The translations under genes and the position numbers were made by a program. Below, one piece after another: positions 62,208 through 64,000 of a stretch of DNA of 64,000 bases (the first letter of the stretch is position 1; the number at the start of each line of letters is the position of its first letter). Origin of the DNA: Nemertoderma westbladi (Eukaryota > Animalia > Xenacoelomorpha). Below the pieces are notes generated by a model that did no database searches, was not told the origin of the DNA, and worked only from the letters and a program-made list of their open reading frames with translations. Location of the stretch: the NCBI GenBank assembly GCA_032718475.1, contig JAUCBJ010009072.1, forward strand, positions 1-64,000, read 5' to 3'.

Positions 62208-63045
62208 ACAACGTATTCTAGTGTATAATGTACTTTTATCTCACTTCGGTCCCTCGTTTCAATATTTCACTAACTCGAATATGATAATAACTCGAAATAA
62301 ATTTTCCAGTATTTACTAATTATCATAGTGCGTTAAGGCTCGCCTTTACTACGTGACTCGCATGTTCTCGCTGTTATGCCTCAGAACTAAACATTAGATA
62401 TATTGTACTGTATGTCCTACTCATCTTCACATCCAAAAAAGCGACGTAGATTAGGATTTGTATGGTTTTTGACAATTTTATAATTTGCTTTATAATTTCT
62501 TATTTTCAAAAATCCTGACCTGCGAGAAAGTGGTGAAAGGTAAGTGTAGTTGGGTGGAAGTGAGACAATGTTGAGTGTACTGTAGTTGGGTGATAGTTGG
62601 GTGTAGTTGGGTGGAGAATTGGGTGTAGTTGGGTGAAAGTTGGGTGTTGTTGGGGGTAGTTGGGTGAAAGTTGGGTGTAGTTGGGTGAGAGTTGGGTGGA
62701 AGTGAAGTGTAGTTGGGTGAAAGTGAGTCAAAGTTGAGTGTATTTGGTTGGAGAGTTTGGTGTTCTGTGGGACGAGTCACGCAGTCAGGGCAAGCCTTAG
62801 CGCACAATTGCAATTAGTAAAAATAGGGCAAAATTTCATCTCCAGTCGGTCGTTCTGTCCGCTTGTCTGTCTGTAATGAAAAATTCATTCGTAAGTAACT
62901 TTTGAAGATTTTCGCCAACTGATCCACATTAAAGCCCGATGAGAAACCCCACTTGGGATCCGACTATGTAGCAACATACCTAAAGTGTGTGACATATTAT
63001 TCATTCACATGTGAGAATTTAGCTTGGAAACCTCAATGTTGATCA

Positions 63046-63533
63046 GATAGACTTTGCTGATGACTTAGGAGTACTCTCAGAATCATTAGAGGGAGCCCAA
63101 CGGCTCCTCAGCTCATTAGAACATTCTGCTTCTAGTGTTGGTCTTTTTATTACCTCCAGAAAGACCACAATTTTGACAGTTAACTTTGAAAGTCCTCAGC
63201 AAGTCTCTGATCGGATGAGCATAAGCTCAAAGGATGGTATGCTTGAGCATGTGGACAACTTCTGTTACCTGGGATCATGGATCCGGAAGTCAGGTGAGGA
63301 CCTTCGAATACGTAAGGGAAAGGCATGGGCAGCCTTGAATAGGCTTTCCAGGATTTGGAAGTCACCGAGAATTAATCGGAAACTCAAGGTCCGATTATTT
63401 AGAGCAGCAGTAGTTCCAGTACTCCTCTACGAGAGTCCATGCTGGGCTCTAACTGCTGAGGACACCAAATCTCTGGATGGCACATTCACAAGAATGCTAC
63501 GCCGGGTTCATTGTGTCAAGTACAATGCACACA
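63046..63533 (+). mobile_element. Internal fragment of an RTE-like LINE RT ORF, flanked by 27-bp direct repeats
   Basis: Encodes DFADDLG (RT catalytic motif) ... VDNFCYLGS ... KLKVRLFRAAVVPVLLY ... FTRMLRRV. Flanks 63019-63045 and 63534-63560 match at 26 of 27 positions. Confidence 0.9.
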
Positions 63534-64000
63534 TTAGTTTGGAAACCTCAATGTTGATCACATGAGGATTTTCGAATGGGTGGAATGTCTGAAAGATTAA
63601 ATACACTTTTCCCATTTCGTTGTTTGTAATAAAATAAGCTGAATATTGTCATATCCTACTGTACATATACTGTACAGTATGTACTAGAGACCACAAACCG
63701 CGTCTATATGATTACGTTGATCAACGTCTGCAATTCTCTACCCTAGTGTGATGAATTATTATTTCTACTACTGTAAGATCTGTAATGTACAGTATAACGA
63801 TCTTATCGATTCTCATACTGTAGAGATCTTGTCCATTCTGGCATCGGCTGTATGTGAAGATCATAATAAGTTCCTTGCAGAAATTCCCTTGACCTGTACA
63901 GATCTTACCAGATCCCCTTTCAGTTTATCAAAAATGTTCTAAAATTATTGCTGTTGTTTCGTTAAAAATTAATTAATATAAAGGCCATAAAGTTCGCCCA

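Larger units (their letters stand above)
60919..62725. mobile_element. Element bounded by inverted arrays of (CACCCAACTA/CACCCAACTTT)n
   Basis: Array at ~60919-61105 and reverse-complement array at ~62545-62725. Exact termini not resolved. Confidence 0.55.

Noticed and set aside
60834-62813. HPT/TQL-repeat ORFs and telomere-like appearance
   Set aside because: Derived from 10-11-bp CACCCAACTA arrays in inverted orientation; irregular and not a canonical telomere repeat.
63909-63938. Possible 30-bp upstream exon (NIFDKLKGDL, donor GTAAGA)
   Set aside because: Phase 0 does not match the phase-2 exon at 59524, and its acceptor lies in a repeat also present at ~61780-61830.

Overview
AT-rich animal-type (invertebrate-like) genomic DNA dominated by tandem arrays and non-autonomous transposons; most long ORFs in the supplied track are artefacts of stop-free repeat units. 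Reading the minus strand by hand gives 11 AG/GT-bounded, phase-compatible coding exons (59524 down to a stop at 9320, AATAAA at 9161-9166). They encode the C-terminal ~495 aa of an Arg/Ser-rich protein I cannot name, and its 5' exons were not found in this window. There is also a candidate 1.8-kb alternative last exon. The introns carry a ~17-kb 32/33-bp minisatellite with 4.3-4.9-kb higher-order structure, a 53-bp array, a 17/21/22-bp composite array, RTE-like LINE pieces, tRNA-type SINEs, many MITEs and an intronless, frameshifted aldo-keto reductase on the opposite strand. The most striking observation is a 5.9-kb 48/51-bp array (43676-49585) whose unit is the exon-4/intron junction itself, giving roughly 115-120 tandem copies of a consensus 5' splice site directly behind the real one. 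A second theme is satellite arrays grown from the terminal motifs of DNA transposons. All gene structure is inferred from sequence alone, without transcript or database evidence.
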